A stretch of DNA of 64,000 nt from contig CAWDEM010000008.1 in assembly GCA_963801355.1 (NCBI GenBank), positions 2,464,001 to 2,528,000 of the forward strand. Reading direction: 5' to 3'. Each line of letters starts with the position of its first letter. The stretch's first letter is position 1. The translations under genes and the position numbers were made by a program. The notes under the pieces were generated by a model. That model worked only from the letters and a program-made list of their open reading frames with translations, was not told where the DNA came from and searched no databases. Shown piece by piece: positions 30,156 through 39,852 of this stretch. Source of the stretch: Ignavibacteriota bacterium (GTDB taxonomy: Bacteria; Bacteroidota; Ignavibacteria; UBA10030; UBA6906).

Positions 30156-31286
30156 TCACTGCACATATTCCCGGAACACCCTGCGGGTGATGACACAGGT
30201 TATTTCATACGGAATGGTCCCGATGGTCTGCGCAATGTCCCATGCAGTGATGCGTTCCGAACCGGATTGGCCGATAAGGATCACCTCGTCGCCGACCCGC
30301 ACATGCGAATCCGTCCCGAGATCGAGCATCAGCTGATCCATGCAGATCGTCCCTACAACCGGAAACCGCACGCCGTTCACCAGGGCTGACGCTTTTCCCA
30401 TCAAAGCTCTTGGATAACCGTCAGCGTAACCCATCGGCACCGTGGCAATTTGCGTCGTACTCCGGGTGAAATAGCGCCGGCCGTAGGAGATACTCGTGTG
30501 CGGAGGGACAGTCTTGACAAATGCGACTCGGGAGACCAGCGAAAGCACCGGCATCACGGGGTACCGTTCCGGCATACCGGCGCCGGGAGGATAGCCATAG
30601 ATCATGATTCCGGGACGCACGAGGTCAAAATGGGCCTCAGGCATTGAGATGATTGCGCCGCTGTTCGCCATATGGCGCAGCGGAATGGGAATTCCCTCCT
30701 TTTGCGCCGCGTCAAGCAAGTCATGAAAACGGGAAAGCTGCTCACGAGCGAACTGCTGCTCCGGGTCCTCGGAAGCGGCAAAATGACTGTACACGCCTGC
30801 AAGTTCAAGCCAGCGCGAGCGGGCAACACGCTCCAACACCCGGAGTGCGCCGGCTGGAGGCAGACCAAGTCGCCCCATGCCTGTGTCGACCTTCACATGG
30901 ACGCGTACTTTGAGCTCTGAACGGCGGGCGGCGTCTTCTATCCCGTCTGTAGTCTCTTCCGACACCGTGGTGAGCTCGAGACGGTGCTTCAACGCTGCCG
31001 GCAAAGTGTCACTCCGTGGAACTTCGAAGACCAGGATCGCAGCCGACGGCTGGTGCAACCGTAACTCGGCCCCCTCATGAACGCGCGCTACTCCGAAATC
31101 GGTGATGCCGAACTCCTCTGCGGCGCGAGCCATCTGCGGCATGCCGTGTCCGTACCCATCGGCCTTGATGACCGCCATGATGCGGACGCGAGGCCCCACA
31201 TATGACCGGACCGCCTGGAGGTTGTGCCGGAAAGCCCCCAGGCTGACACGGGCGCCGGCGGAAGAAGATGCAGGTTCGTGGTTCAT
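30156..31286 (-). CDS. alr: Alanine racemase
   Basis: AVIKADGYGHG, KVDTGMGRLG, ANSGA, RPGI..YG, GYADG, CMDQ, IPYE. Confidence 0.95.
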   Translation of the reverse strand: MNHEPASSSAGARVSLGAFRHNLQAVRSYVGPRVRIMAVIKADGYGHGMPQMARAAEEFGITDFGVARVHEGAELRLHQPSAAILVFEVPRSDTLPAALKHRLELTTVSEETTDGIEDAARRSELKVRVHVKVDTGMGRLGLPPAGALRVLERVARSRWLELAGVYSHFAASEDPEQQFAREQLSRFHDLLDAAQKEGIPIPLRHMANSGAIISMPEAHFDLVRPGIMIYGYPPGAGMPERYPVMPVLSLVSRVAFVKTVPPHTSISYGRRYFTRSTTQIATVPMGYADGYPRALMGKASALVNGVRFPVVGTICMDQLMLDLGTDSHVRVGDEVILIGQSGSERITAWDIAQTIGTIPYEITCVITRRVFREYVQ

Positions 31287-31330
31287 AGTATGTGTGCAAT
31301 ATCGAGAGAGATCGGATGAATTTCAAGGAA

Positions 31331-31359
31331 TTGCAAAAGATGCCGGTCTTCGCTAAGTT
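31331..31359 (+). promoter_or_regulatory. sigma70-type promoter for S9 peptidase
   Basis: TTGCAA-N17-TAAGTT. Confidence 0.45.
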
Positions 31360-31392
31360 GACGTCGTGACCATTCTGCCGAGGACTCTTCCC

Positions 31393-33462
31393 ATGCATCG
31401 CATTGCACTCTCACTTCTCGTGTGCCTCATGATTGCGCCGGCTGACGCACAACAACGTGCATTCACCATCCCCGACCTGTACCGGCTACGGGCAGTCGAA
31501 GACCCTCAACTCTCGCCCGATGGCAGAGAGATTGCATTCGTCGTCCGGGAAGATGACCTGATCAAAGGCACGGGCAACTCTGACATCTATATGATTCATA
31601 CGGACGGCACACATCTGCGCCGGATGACCTACGACCCGGCCGCAGACCATCATCCCCGCTGGTCTGCCGACGGTGGCTCACTGCTCTTCCTCTCCACGCG
31701 CAAGAACGGCTCCCAGGCATGGGCAATGCCAGCTGACGGAGGTGAACCCCGCCAGCTCACGGACTTCAGCCCGGGAGTGGGTGACCCGATCTGGACTCCC
31801 GATGGACAGGGCATCGTGTTCACATCAGACGTGTTTCCCGAATGCGGCGCGTCGGACAGCTGCAATGCGTCGATCAGTGATGCGATGGCGAAGGGGCCCC
31901 TCAAGGCGCATATGGCCGACGCACTCCTCTATCGCCACTGGACATCCTGGAGGGACGGCAAACGAACTCACGTTCTGCAGTGTCACCTCGCCACAAAGAG
32001 CTACCGCGATCTGACCCCGGGCGATTTCGATTCACCCGCTTTCTCTCTGGGCGGGGGCGGGTTCGCACTCTCCCCCGACGGCAAAGAGCTCTGCTTCGTC
32101 TCCAAGCGCGACGCACATGAAGCCGAGAACACAAACAAAGATCTCTGGATTGTTCCGTTGAGTGGTGGTCCTCCCCGGAATCTCACCGCCGCAAACAAGG
32201 GATCCGACAGCAACCCGGTCTATTCTCCCGACGGCAAGTACATCGCCTATCTGACTCAAGTGACACCGAACTATGAAGCGGATTGCCTGCGCATTGCCCT
32301 GTTCGACCGCCAGACCCGGCAGACAAGCATCCTCAGCGGCGCTTTTGACAACTGGGCGACCGGTCTTGCGTGGGGACATGATGCACGCACGATCTACTTC
32401 ACGGCTGACGTGAAGGGTCATGTGCCCCTGTTCTCCATCGACATCGCCACCAGGGCGATCACGCGGGTCGTTGATGTACAAACCATCGACGCGTTTAGTG
32501 TTGCGGAAACCGGCTCCGGCATCGCTTTTGTCCGCCGATCTGTCGGTGAGCCTCGTGAGCTCTGGGCAGTGGACGCAAAGGGGAATTCCCTCCGCAGGTT
32601 GACGCTGTTCAATAAGGAGATCGAAGATGCGGTGGACATCCGCCCGGCTGAAGAGCTCTGGATTCCCTCCCCCACCGGACGCATGATTCATACGTTCTTG
32701 GTGAAACCCCACGGTTTTGATCCGGCGAAGAAATACCCCCTGATTCTCAATGTTCATGGCGGCCCCCAAATGCAGTGGACCGACGGCTTCCGCGGGGATT
32801 GGCAGGTCTATCCCGGAGCCGGGTACATCGTGGCATTCCCGAACCCCCACGGTTCCACGGGCTATGGACAGGAGTTCACCGCGGCGATATCGAGGGACTG
32901 GGGTGGCAAAGTGTACGAAGATATCATGGCCGTCACGGACTCGCTTGCCCGGCTCCCTTTCGTTGATGCGGGACGGATGGGTGCGATGGGGTGGTCGTAC
33001 GGCGGCTACATGATGATGTGGCTCGAAGGGCACACACAACGGTTCAAGGCCCTGGCTGCAATGATGGGGGTGTACAATCTCACGGCAATGCACGGAGCGA
33101 CGGAGGAACTCTGGTTCCCGGAATACGATCTGCAGGGGACACCGTGGGAGTCAGACCTGTACAAGCAATGGACACCCAATGCGTTCGTCCGAAATTTCAA
33201 GACTCCGTGCCTGGTCATCACCGGCGAACGGGACTACCGTGTTCCTTATACACAGAGTCTGGAGTTCTTCACCGATCTTCAGAAGATGCGTGTGCCGTCC
33301 CGCCTGATCGTGTTTGAAAACGACGGCCACTGGCCTGGTGGGGTCACTTCCATGCCGCTGTACTACAATGCACACCTGGACTGGTTCCACCGGTATCTCG
33401 GGGGACCTCCTGCACCGTACGACATGCAAAAGATGTGGAGGAACCAGGCATTCCAGCGTTGA
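31393..33462 (+). CDS. Exported S9-family (acylaminoacyl/dipeptidyl) peptidase with PD40 beta-propeller
   Basis: Signal peptide, SPDG repeats, VHGGP, GWSYGG, DYRVP, GHW. Confidence 0.9.
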   Translation: MHRIALSLLVCLMIAPADAQQRAFTIPDLYRLRAVEDPQLSPDGREIAFVVREDDLIKGTGNSDIYMIHTDGTHLRRMTYDPAADHHPRWSADGGSLLFLSTRKNGSQAWAMPADGGEPRQLTDFSPGVGDPIWTPDGQGIVFTSDVFPECGASDSCNASISDAMAKGPLKAHMADALLYRHWTSWRDGKRTHVLQCHLATKSYRDLTPGDFDSPAFSLGGGGFALSPDGKELCFVSKRDAHEAENTNKDLWIVPLSGGPPRNLTAANKGSDSNPVYSPDGKYIAYLTQVTPNYEADCLRIALFDRQTRQTSILSGAFDNWATGLAWGHDARTIYFTADVKGHVPLFSIDIATRAITRVVDVQTIDAFSVAETGSGIAFVRRSVGEPRELWAVDAKGNSLRRLTLFNKEIEDAVDIRPAEELWIPSPTGRMIHTFLVKPHGFDPAKKYPLILNVHGGPQMQWTDGFRGDWQVYPGAGYIVAFPNPHGSTGYGQEFTAAISRDWGGKVYEDIMAVTDSLARLPFVDAGRMGAMGWSYGGYMMMWLEGHTQRFKALAAMMGVYNLTAMHGATEELWFPEYDLQGTPWESDLYKQWTPNAFVRNFKTPCLVITGERDYRVPYTQSLEFFTDLQKMRVPSRLIVFENDGHWPGGVTSMPLYYNAHLDWFHRYLGGPPAPYDMQKMWRNQAFQR

Positions 33463-33515
33463 TTGACGGAACATGTGTCCCATATCACAAATCCCGGATT
33501 TTTGTGCCGGCCCCG

Positions 33516-33544
33516 TTGTATTTTCCTCCCGCACATGCTATCTT
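33516..33544 (+). promoter_or_regulatory. sigma70 promoter with extended -10, upstream of apaG-panD
   Basis: TTGTAT-N17-TATCTT with TGn. Confidence 0.5.
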
Positions 33545-33846
33545 TTATCCAGATAGCCCCGAACTCTCCACGTGTTTTAGCTGTTCACAACTGAAGCGAC
33601 CATGTCCGACGTAGTGACCGTATATACCGGTGTGGACGGTATTGAGCCGGCTGTTCCCGGAACCGTCATGAGTGTATACACGATTGCTGTTGTGGGTAGT
33701 CGCCGCGAGGATTTCCGCCGGCGCCCGTTGCAGCTTATCGGGTGGCACCGGTTCATGCGCACGCATACCTACGACAAAGGCGGGAGTGTTGTGGAGACCC
33801 CGGCCCCCCCAACCCTCGATCTCCGCATTTGATTGCCGAGCACACT

Positions 33847-34248
33847 ATGCAACATCTTTTTGCGATGCAACCGTACGAAGCAACAACAGAAAACATCACC
33901 ATCACGGTACGCCCCCTGTACCTGGACGGTCAGTCCGATGCCATCGCAAGGAAATTTGTCTTTGCCTACTTCATTACCATCGAAAACAACGGCACAGAGC
34001 CCGTGCAACTGCTCCGGCGTCATTGGTTTATCCGGAATGCATCCGATGAATTACGGGAAGTCGAGGGAGAAGGGGTTGTCGGCCAGCAACCCGTCATACA
34101 CCCCGACAAGGGACACGAGTACAACAGCTATTGTGTGCTGGACACGTTCGAAGGCACGATGGAAGGCACCTACCTGATGCGCCGCCCCAGTGGCGAGCTG
34201 TTCTATGTGGTCGTTCCCCGCTTCACTCTCCGGGCACAGGCGAACTAG
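33847..34248 (+). CDS. apaG: ApaG/CorD domain protein
   Basis: FVFAYFITIEN, QLLRRHW.I, VEGEGVVGQQP, GTMEGTY (start may be 33865). Confidence 0.92.
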   Translation: MQHLFAMQPYEATTENITITVRPLYLDGQSDAIARKFVFAYFITIENNGTEPVQLLRRHWFIRNASDELREVEGEGVVGQQPVIHPDKGHEYNSYCVLDTFEGTMEGTYLMRRPSGELFYVVVPRFTLRAQAN

Positions 34249-34261
34249 GAGGTCCGAGCCG

Positions 34262-34669
34262 ATGCACCAACAGCCGACACGCCGGATGCTGCGGGCGAAA
34301 ATACACCGTGCGCGGGTCACCGAGGCAAACCTCCACTACGAAGGAAGTCTTACCGTTCCCCCCGGGCTGCTGGATCACGCAGGCATTGCGGAGTACGAGG
34401 CGGTCAACGTGTGGAATGTCACACGGGGGACGAGATTTGAAACGTATGCCATCGCCGGAATCGAAGGCTCAGACGACATTTGCGTCAACGGGGCGGCAGC
34501 CCACCTTGCAGGTCCCGGCGACATTATCATCATCGCAAGTTACGCCGAAGTGCCTGAATCCATGGTCTCCGGTTTCCGCCCCACGGTCGTGTTCGTCGAT
34601 CAGGACAACAAGGTTATCGAAACCGGGCAGGAAGTTCCCGGCCCCCGAACGCATCTCAGGGGATGTTGA
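34262..34669 (+). CDS. panD: Aspartate 1-decarboxylase proenzyme
   Basis: AKIHRARVT..L.YEGS autocleavage site, RFETYAI, NGAAA; GGAGG SD. Confidence 0.94.
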   Translation: MHQQPTRRMLRAKIHRARVTEANLHYEGSLTVPPGLLDHAGIAEYEAVNVWNVTRGTRFETYAIAGIEGSDDICVNGAAAHLAGPGDIIIIASYAEVPESMVSGFRPTVVFVDQDNKVIETGQEVPGPRTHLRGC

Positions 34670-34713
34670 CCACGCGACTCCGCCCGTCCCGTTCATCCGG
34701 AACCCTCCCGTCA

Positions 34714-35145
34714 ATGCGATCCCTGCTCCATGTCGCCGTAGTGCTGCTGTCGTGTGCTCTGCTATCCTGCAGCGAAGATGAACCTGCGACAGGGGTGCTG
34801 CAATTCACCGACAGGCTCACATTGGGCACGGGTGCAAATGCTTCGAACACCTCCCTGACGGGCGAAAGTTCTGCATTCATCAGCCTCGGGGGGGTTGCGG
34901 TTATCTACTGGCGACTCGAGTCAGCTGCGGAGCTCGACGGCGCGGGCGTGGCGTTGAAGATTGAGAAAAAGAGCGGGAGCAACTACACGCTCATAGGGAC
35001 GTACCCGAATGCCAGTCCCCATAACTACGGACATTTCGTCATTTCCTCCATCAGCCTGGCTGATGCCGGCACATTCCGCGCCACGGGATTGCTGACATCC
35101 ACGGCCACAGAAGTTGCATCGACGACGTTTACGGTACAGTGGTGA
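34714..35145 (+). CDS. Hypothetical lipoprotein
   Basis: Lipobox LLSC followed by acidic SEDE; beta-rich mature part. Confidence 0.65.
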   Translation: MRSLLHVAVVLLSCALLSCSEDEPATGVLQFTDRLTLGTGANASNTSLTGESSAFISLGGVAVIYWRLESAAELDGAGVALKIEKKSGSNYTLIGTYPNASPHNYGHFVISSISLADAGTFRATGLLTSTATEVASTTFTVQW

Positions 35146-35233
35146 TCGCCGCGACACCGATCTGATGATCGCCGACGAATGCTCTCCCCTCGGCTTCACG
35201 TGTCAAAGATCTTGCCTTCCAGCCCTTCCCATA

Positions 35234-36235
35234 CTACTTCGCCATAATCATAAGCCGCGCGGCGGAATAGTCACCGGCAGTCAGACGGCAAAAGTAGACA
35301 CCCCCGGCAAGCCCGGTCGCATTGAATGAACGCGTGTGAAGACCCGCTGACAGCTCTTCGTCCACAAGCGTGGAGATCTCACGCCCCAGGGCGTCATACA
35401 CCTGTAACGTCACCCATCCTGCCTTCGGCAGCGAAAAGGCAATTTGCGTGGATGGGTTGAAGGGATTGGGATAGTTCTGATGCAACGCATACGCGGACGG
35501 AATACCGGTCGCCTGATCGCCCACCGCCGTGGAAGAATAGCGCGTGATCCGTACGTCGTCGACGCAGATCTTGTCGGAGTTCGATCCGTCTTCCCCTCCG
35601 TCGTACAGCAGATAGCGGAACGCAACATAGCGTGTCGTCCCCTGCGGAAGGAGCAAAGCCACGCGGGTCCATGCGCTCTTCGGAACATTCATATAGACAA
35701 GACGCGTGAAGCTTCCAACGGCTTTGTCCGTGGTGGACACTCTGACATCGAGAGAATCGGCATAGGAGCCGCTGGAAGAAAGCCGAGACACAGTCCAGAA
35801 GGTCAGGGAATCGACACTTCCGGCCGGGGCGGAACTGCCAGTGTTTGGCGTCACCAACCAATCATCCAGCAAGTACCCGTTTGAGGTGCCCCAATACGCC
35901 GCGGCACACGCGATCCCTTCAAACATCGGGAGTCCGACATCTCCGCCCACAACAAACGATTGATACCAGCACGTATCGCTCGGATCGGCCAAGGTGGTGG
36001 ACACGCCATGGTCATTGTTGATCATGGTCCACCCGGAGTTCAGGAACCAGGCGATTGTCGTGTCGTTGAAGCCTTCTTTGAAGATTTCGACGCCGGCATT
36101 GATCTCATTGGGCGCCGGATTGACAATGACCGGACCGGCCGAGGTCTTTTCTTTCCCCTGTTTCTGGGCGAGCCCTATTCCCGCGACGCACAAGACTAGC
36201 ACAAATACGGTAGCAAAGCGCAGCGCATTTTGCAT
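35234..36235 (-). CDS. T9SS substrate with cleaved-adhesin (choice-of-anchor J-like) domain
   Basis: Signal peptide; GWT.IN.D, DDWLVTP, YVAFRY, VDDVRI; CTD QNYPNPFNP...GVYFCRL. Confidence 0.8.
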   Translation of the reverse strand: MQNALRFATVFVLVLCVAGIGLAQKQGKEKTSAGPVIVNPAPNEINAGVEIFKEGFNDTTIAWFLNSGWTMINNDHGVSTTLADPSDTCWYQSFVVGGDVGLPMFEGIACAAAYWGTSNGYLLDDWLVTPNTGSSAPAGSVDSLTFWTVSRLSSSGSYADSLDVRVSTTDKAVGSFTRLVYMNVPKSAWTRVALLLPQGTTRYVAFRYLLYDGGEDGSNSDKICVDDVRITRYSSTAVGDQATGIPSAYALHQNYPNPFNPSTQIAFSLPKAGWVTLQVYDALGREISTLVDEELSAGLHTRSFNATGLAGGVYFCRLTAGDYSAARLMIMAK

Positions 36236-36267
36236 GGTACCTCCCGCGTAGAGTCGATGATGTGTAA

Positions 36268-36320
36268 GTTGTGATGAATTCCTTTCACAGAAGAATACAT
36301 GCCATACCGGGTAATGTCAA
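36268..36320 (-). promoter_or_regulatory. sigma70 promoter plus operator-like motif (copy 2)
   Basis: TTGACA-N17-TATTCT at 36292-36320; plus-strand motif gttgtgatgaattcctttca at 36268-36287. Confidence 0.7.
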
Positions 36321-36333
36321 GGTCTCTCTTTCA

Positions 36334-37335
36334 CTAGAATTCCAATGCCACCCCGAACCGGTGGACGGAGGGGAGGAGGTCGTACGATACAAAGGCATAA
36401 TCGAAGCCAACATGCAGACTGCCTGCGGGGACGGAAGCGCCCACACCCACCGACCACCTTGCCGTGTCGTCGCCAAACCTGTAGCCCCCACGGACAGAGA
36501 GACACTGCATGATTGTAGCTTCAATTCCCGCGCACACGAGTTCATCATTATCGTTCGGGTGGATGACGTCGGTCGCAAGGAGCACCGACAGTTCGTCGCT
36601 GATATAGGGCGACATGGAGAGTCCGACTTGGAAATGCAGCGGGAGGGGATATCCCTCAGCCTGAATCTGCGCCGGCAGCAGCCGCTCCGTGGAAATGGAC
36701 GAATTTGCGTCATAGTCCACTCCGAGATCTCTGCCCTCGAACGTGAGGTCGCCGCCGAAATTCGTGACGCTCATACCGAGCCGGAGATCCCTGAATCCAA
36801 TTTGGTAGAGGGTTCCGATGTCTACGGCAAGACCGCCGGCAGTCTCGTTCCAGATCCGCTGGTGGACATATTTCGCGGTGAGCCCGACGCTGAAGTCCTC
36901 GGTGAGTTTGCGCGCATAGCTGATCCCGAGCATGAGGTCCTGCGCGTCGAAAGACTGGCCGGAGGTCCCTTCGGGGTCGTCTTCCGTCGTTACCGCGATC
37001 TTGTCCATGGTCATCGACGTGAACGAGAGTCCGAAAGACCCTATTTCGCCGAACGATTGCACGTACGCGGCATGGTTCAACCGGCTCCCCGCCCACCACT
37101 CCTCGTGAGAGGCGATGAGGGCGCTGCCCTTCACTCCGATGGTGCCCGCCGGATTCCAGAAGAGCGCGCTCGCATCATCGCCGCACGATGTGAAGGCGCC
37201 GCCGAGGGCCGCCGCTCGTGCGCCCACGGGTATCTTCAGGAACTGCGCGCCAGCTGTTCCCAGGTTGGGGTTTTGAGCATGAAGCATCCCGACCGACAGG
37301 ACTGCAATCGCACAGCCAAGTGTAAGTCGTCTCAT
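36334..37335 (-). CDS. PorV/PorQ-family outer-membrane beta-barrel
   Basis: GTAGAQFLKIPVGARAAALG, ALFWNPAG, DYAF, terminal Phe. Confidence 0.88.
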   Translation of the reverse strand: MRRLTLGCAIAVLSVGMLHAQNPNLGTAGAQFLKIPVGARAAALGGAFTSCGDDASALFWNPAGTIGVKGSALIASHEEWWAGSRLNHAAYVQSFGEIGSFGLSFTSMTMDKIAVTTEDDPEGTSGQSFDAQDLMLGISYARKLTEDFSVGLTAKYVHQRIWNETAGGLAVDIGTLYQIGFRDLRLGMSVTNFGGDLTFEGRDLGVDYDANSSISTERLLPAQIQAEGYPLPLHFQVGLSMSPYISDELSVLLATDVIHPNDNDELVCAGIEATIMQCLSVRGGYRFGDDTARWSVGVGASVPAGSLHVGFDYAFVSYDLLPSVHRFGVALEF

Positions 37336-37345
37336 GGTCTACCTC

Positions 37346-39817
37346 CTACTTGATCACCGCGAATCGACCGAGCTTTTCCGCGGTGTCGGTCTTGACCAGG
37401 TACACGTACATACCGGCTGCGATCACCCTGTTCCCATCGGTGCGCAGGTCCCAGTTTTCGGTGCCTGTGGTGCCGTCGTGGGTGATGACTTTGATCTTGT
37501 CACCCGCCAAGGTGAAGATGGTAATGGTACAATGGGCGGGGAGATGGTTGAACTTCAACTGGCGTATCGGTTCCTTGCGCAGGACGCCGTATTCCCGCTC
37601 GTAGAGGGAGCCGACGAGATACGGATTGGGAACCACTTTGACGTTGTCCAGTTCATTGGCGCTGATGTCGGTACGTACCTCTACGGGGACTGTTGACACC
37701 ATGAATACATCAGTATAGGTAATCAGACTCGACGAGGAGTCGTTATCCCGCATGACGGCGAACACGATGCCGTCGTCCGTCGCGTAGTGCGTACCGTACC
37801 CAAAGGGGCGAAGGCTCAGGACCGTCGTCCCTCCCGTGGAGGCCACGACTCCGGGATGGATCAGAATGGAATCACCCGTTTCGGGTCTCGCATCTGCCAC
37901 GGAGGCCGTATCGGTCAGGAGGATTCGGAGTCCCGTTCCTCCCATCGTGATCGGCATCCCGGAGGTGTAGGGGCCTGAGGCCCTGATCACTTTCCCTGTG
38001 GTCAGGCTAAGGATAGAGTAGGTCGATGCGGATTTGAACACCAACGCATAGGTGCCGGGATCCGTTTTCACTCCTTCAACTGTTGTCAGGCTGATGATCG
38101 ACTGCAGATTTCCCTTTGCGACGGTGAAGGTGGGGGCAAAACCGATACTGTATTCCTTTCCACCGGCTCCGGGGATGTCAAGCTGCGAAACATCAAGCGT
38201 GACCTTTGCCGATCCGGAATGCGTGATAGTTGAGACCCGGGCCGGAGTTCTTCCTACCGCGCGTGACTCCGGAGTCGCCACGCCGACATTCTGTTCTTCT
38301 GCTGTATAGCCCAGGCTGCTTTCCAGGATCGTTTCATCACTTGTCATCGCATAGGCAGTCACCGAATACCAGTAGGTATAGCCGTTGATAAGAGAGGAAT
38401 CGACGTATGAATTTTGCAGGCCGGTGGATTTGTCAAAGGTCGCGAGCGGAACGGGATCGGATCCCGCCGAAGGGTTCGCGTTGCGATCAATCTGGTCCCA
38501 GTGCTGGCCGAAGTCCACGCTCTTGTACAGGCGGTAGCCCTGGAAGTTTATCTCGTGCGTGATGGGATCGCGTGAAGACTCCGCTGCGTTGTCCCATGTG
38601 ATGGTCGCGCGTCCATCCCCGGAAACAACGGTCACTGCAGGGGTGGTCGGTGCCTTTGGCGTGGCAAAATTGGCACGATAAAGGTCCCACGCATTGCTCG
38701 TGATGGCGTCCATTCCCGCGGCATCGATGGCGGCGATAAACGCCGTGACAAAATGGAGGGTGTCGCCCGGCGCCAGCGTGTAAGGCCCGGAGCCAATGCT
38801 CGACACCAGGTCAATTCCGGCCGATCCGATCGTGGCGGGATCGTCAATATGGATATTGGGCGCGTTTGCGCCGGGATGAAAGTACATTGGCCCGTACCGC
38901 GACGCATGGAGTGAAGGAGAACTCGAATAGATTCCGTATTGCACCGAATCGATGTCGATGTCGTCATCGTACCTCATGTAGTGAAGATCGGTGATGCCAC
39001 GCTGAACACCGTTGATCTCGGGAGTCCGCAGCATGAGGAAGCCGAATCTTCCCGACTGGCCGCCCCACTGCACGGACGTTCCGGCGTCAAGGTACACGAC
39101 CCGCTGCAAGGACTTGTCGAACGCCAGCCGGTCATTCGCGTAATCGACCGCGCTCTCCGACCCGCCGATATCGGGGTCGATATACATGCCAAAATAGACG
39201 TTGTCGTAGGTGTTCTGCGACTTGTTCACGATGTCGAAGCAGTAAATGACCATATCGCGAATGGATTTGGCCCCGAACGCGTATCCCGTTTGATTCACCT
39301 GGATACCGAGGATGCCTTTGCTGTTGGTCGAATCGTTGTAGACGCAATAGCTGTCCTGGCTCGATACGAACACCGGGCTTCCGTCCGCCGCCTTGACAGG
39401 CCATCCGGTGGCCGGCCAGCTGTAGGGTTTGTCGCTCATGGCCACCGTAGCACTGTCGATATTGTTGTACCCCGCGGCCGCCTCCCATTCCTCATTTGTG
39501 GTGAAGCGTCCCTGGATCATATTTCCAGGGATGCCGACGTACGGATTTGCCCGATACACGTATTCGTGCTGACTCTTAATCGGCCATTCGAAGGTTGGGC
39601 CGAGAGCTACAAAGTGAGGATACAATTTCCCGCGATTCTCAAATGCCGATCCCATGTTGCTGCGATTGTGGTTTCCTCCCCCGCGGCTCAGCATGCCGGT
39701 GGTCTTGGCGAGCACGGCCGAAGTCGAAGACTTCGGCCCCCGTTTTTGTGCGGGTGCGGGTACGACCGAGACCAATATTCCCGCAAGAAGGCAGACAACG
39801 AAAGCGCTTCGCATCAT
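37346..39817 (-). CDS. Large exported protein with FN3-like region and variant CTD (VVPNPY...WDL...GMYVY)
   Basis: Signal peptide; SQDSYCVYND, YFGMYIDPDIG, FQGYRLYKS, YWYSVTAY; between TBDR and PorV-like gene. Confidence 0.75.
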   Translation of the reverse strand: MMRSAFVVCLLAGILVSVVPAPAQKRGPKSSTSAVLAKTTGMLSRGGGNHNRSNMGSAFENRGKLYPHFVALGPTFEWPIKSQHEYVYRANPYVGIPGNMIQGRFTTNEEWEAAAGYNNIDSATVAMSDKPYSWPATGWPVKAADGSPVFVSSQDSYCVYNDSTNSKGILGIQVNQTGYAFGAKSIRDMVIYCFDIVNKSQNTYDNVYFGMYIDPDIGGSESAVDYANDRLAFDKSLQRVVYLDAGTSVQWGGQSGRFGFLMLRTPEINGVQRGITDLHYMRYDDDIDIDSVQYGIYSSSPSLHASRYGPMYFHPGANAPNIHIDDPATIGSAGIDLVSSIGSGPYTLAPGDTLHFVTAFIAAIDAAGMDAITSNAWDLYRANFATPKAPTTPAVTVVSGDGRATITWDNAAESSRDPITHEINFQGYRLYKSVDFGQHWDQIDRNANPSAGSDPVPLATFDKSTGLQNSYVDSSLINGYTYWYSVTAYAMTSDETILESSLGYTAEEQNVGVATPESRAVGRTPARVSTITHSGSAKVTLDVSQLDIPGAGGKEYSIGFAPTFTVAKGNLQSIISLTTVEGVKTDPGTYALVFKSASTYSILSLTTGKVIRASGPYTSGMPITMGGTGLRILLTDTASVADARPETGDSILIHPGVVASTGGTTVLSLRPFGYGTHYATDDGIVFAVMRDNDSSSSLITYTDVFMVSTVPVEVRTDISANELDNVKVVPNPYLVGSLYEREYGVLRKEPIRQLKFNHLPAHCTITIFTLAGDKIKVITHDGTTGTENWDLRTDGNRVIAAGMYVYLVKTDTAEKLGRFAVIK

Positions 39818-39852
39818 GGTCTTCTCTTGAATAATCAGCAAAGGTTGCATGG

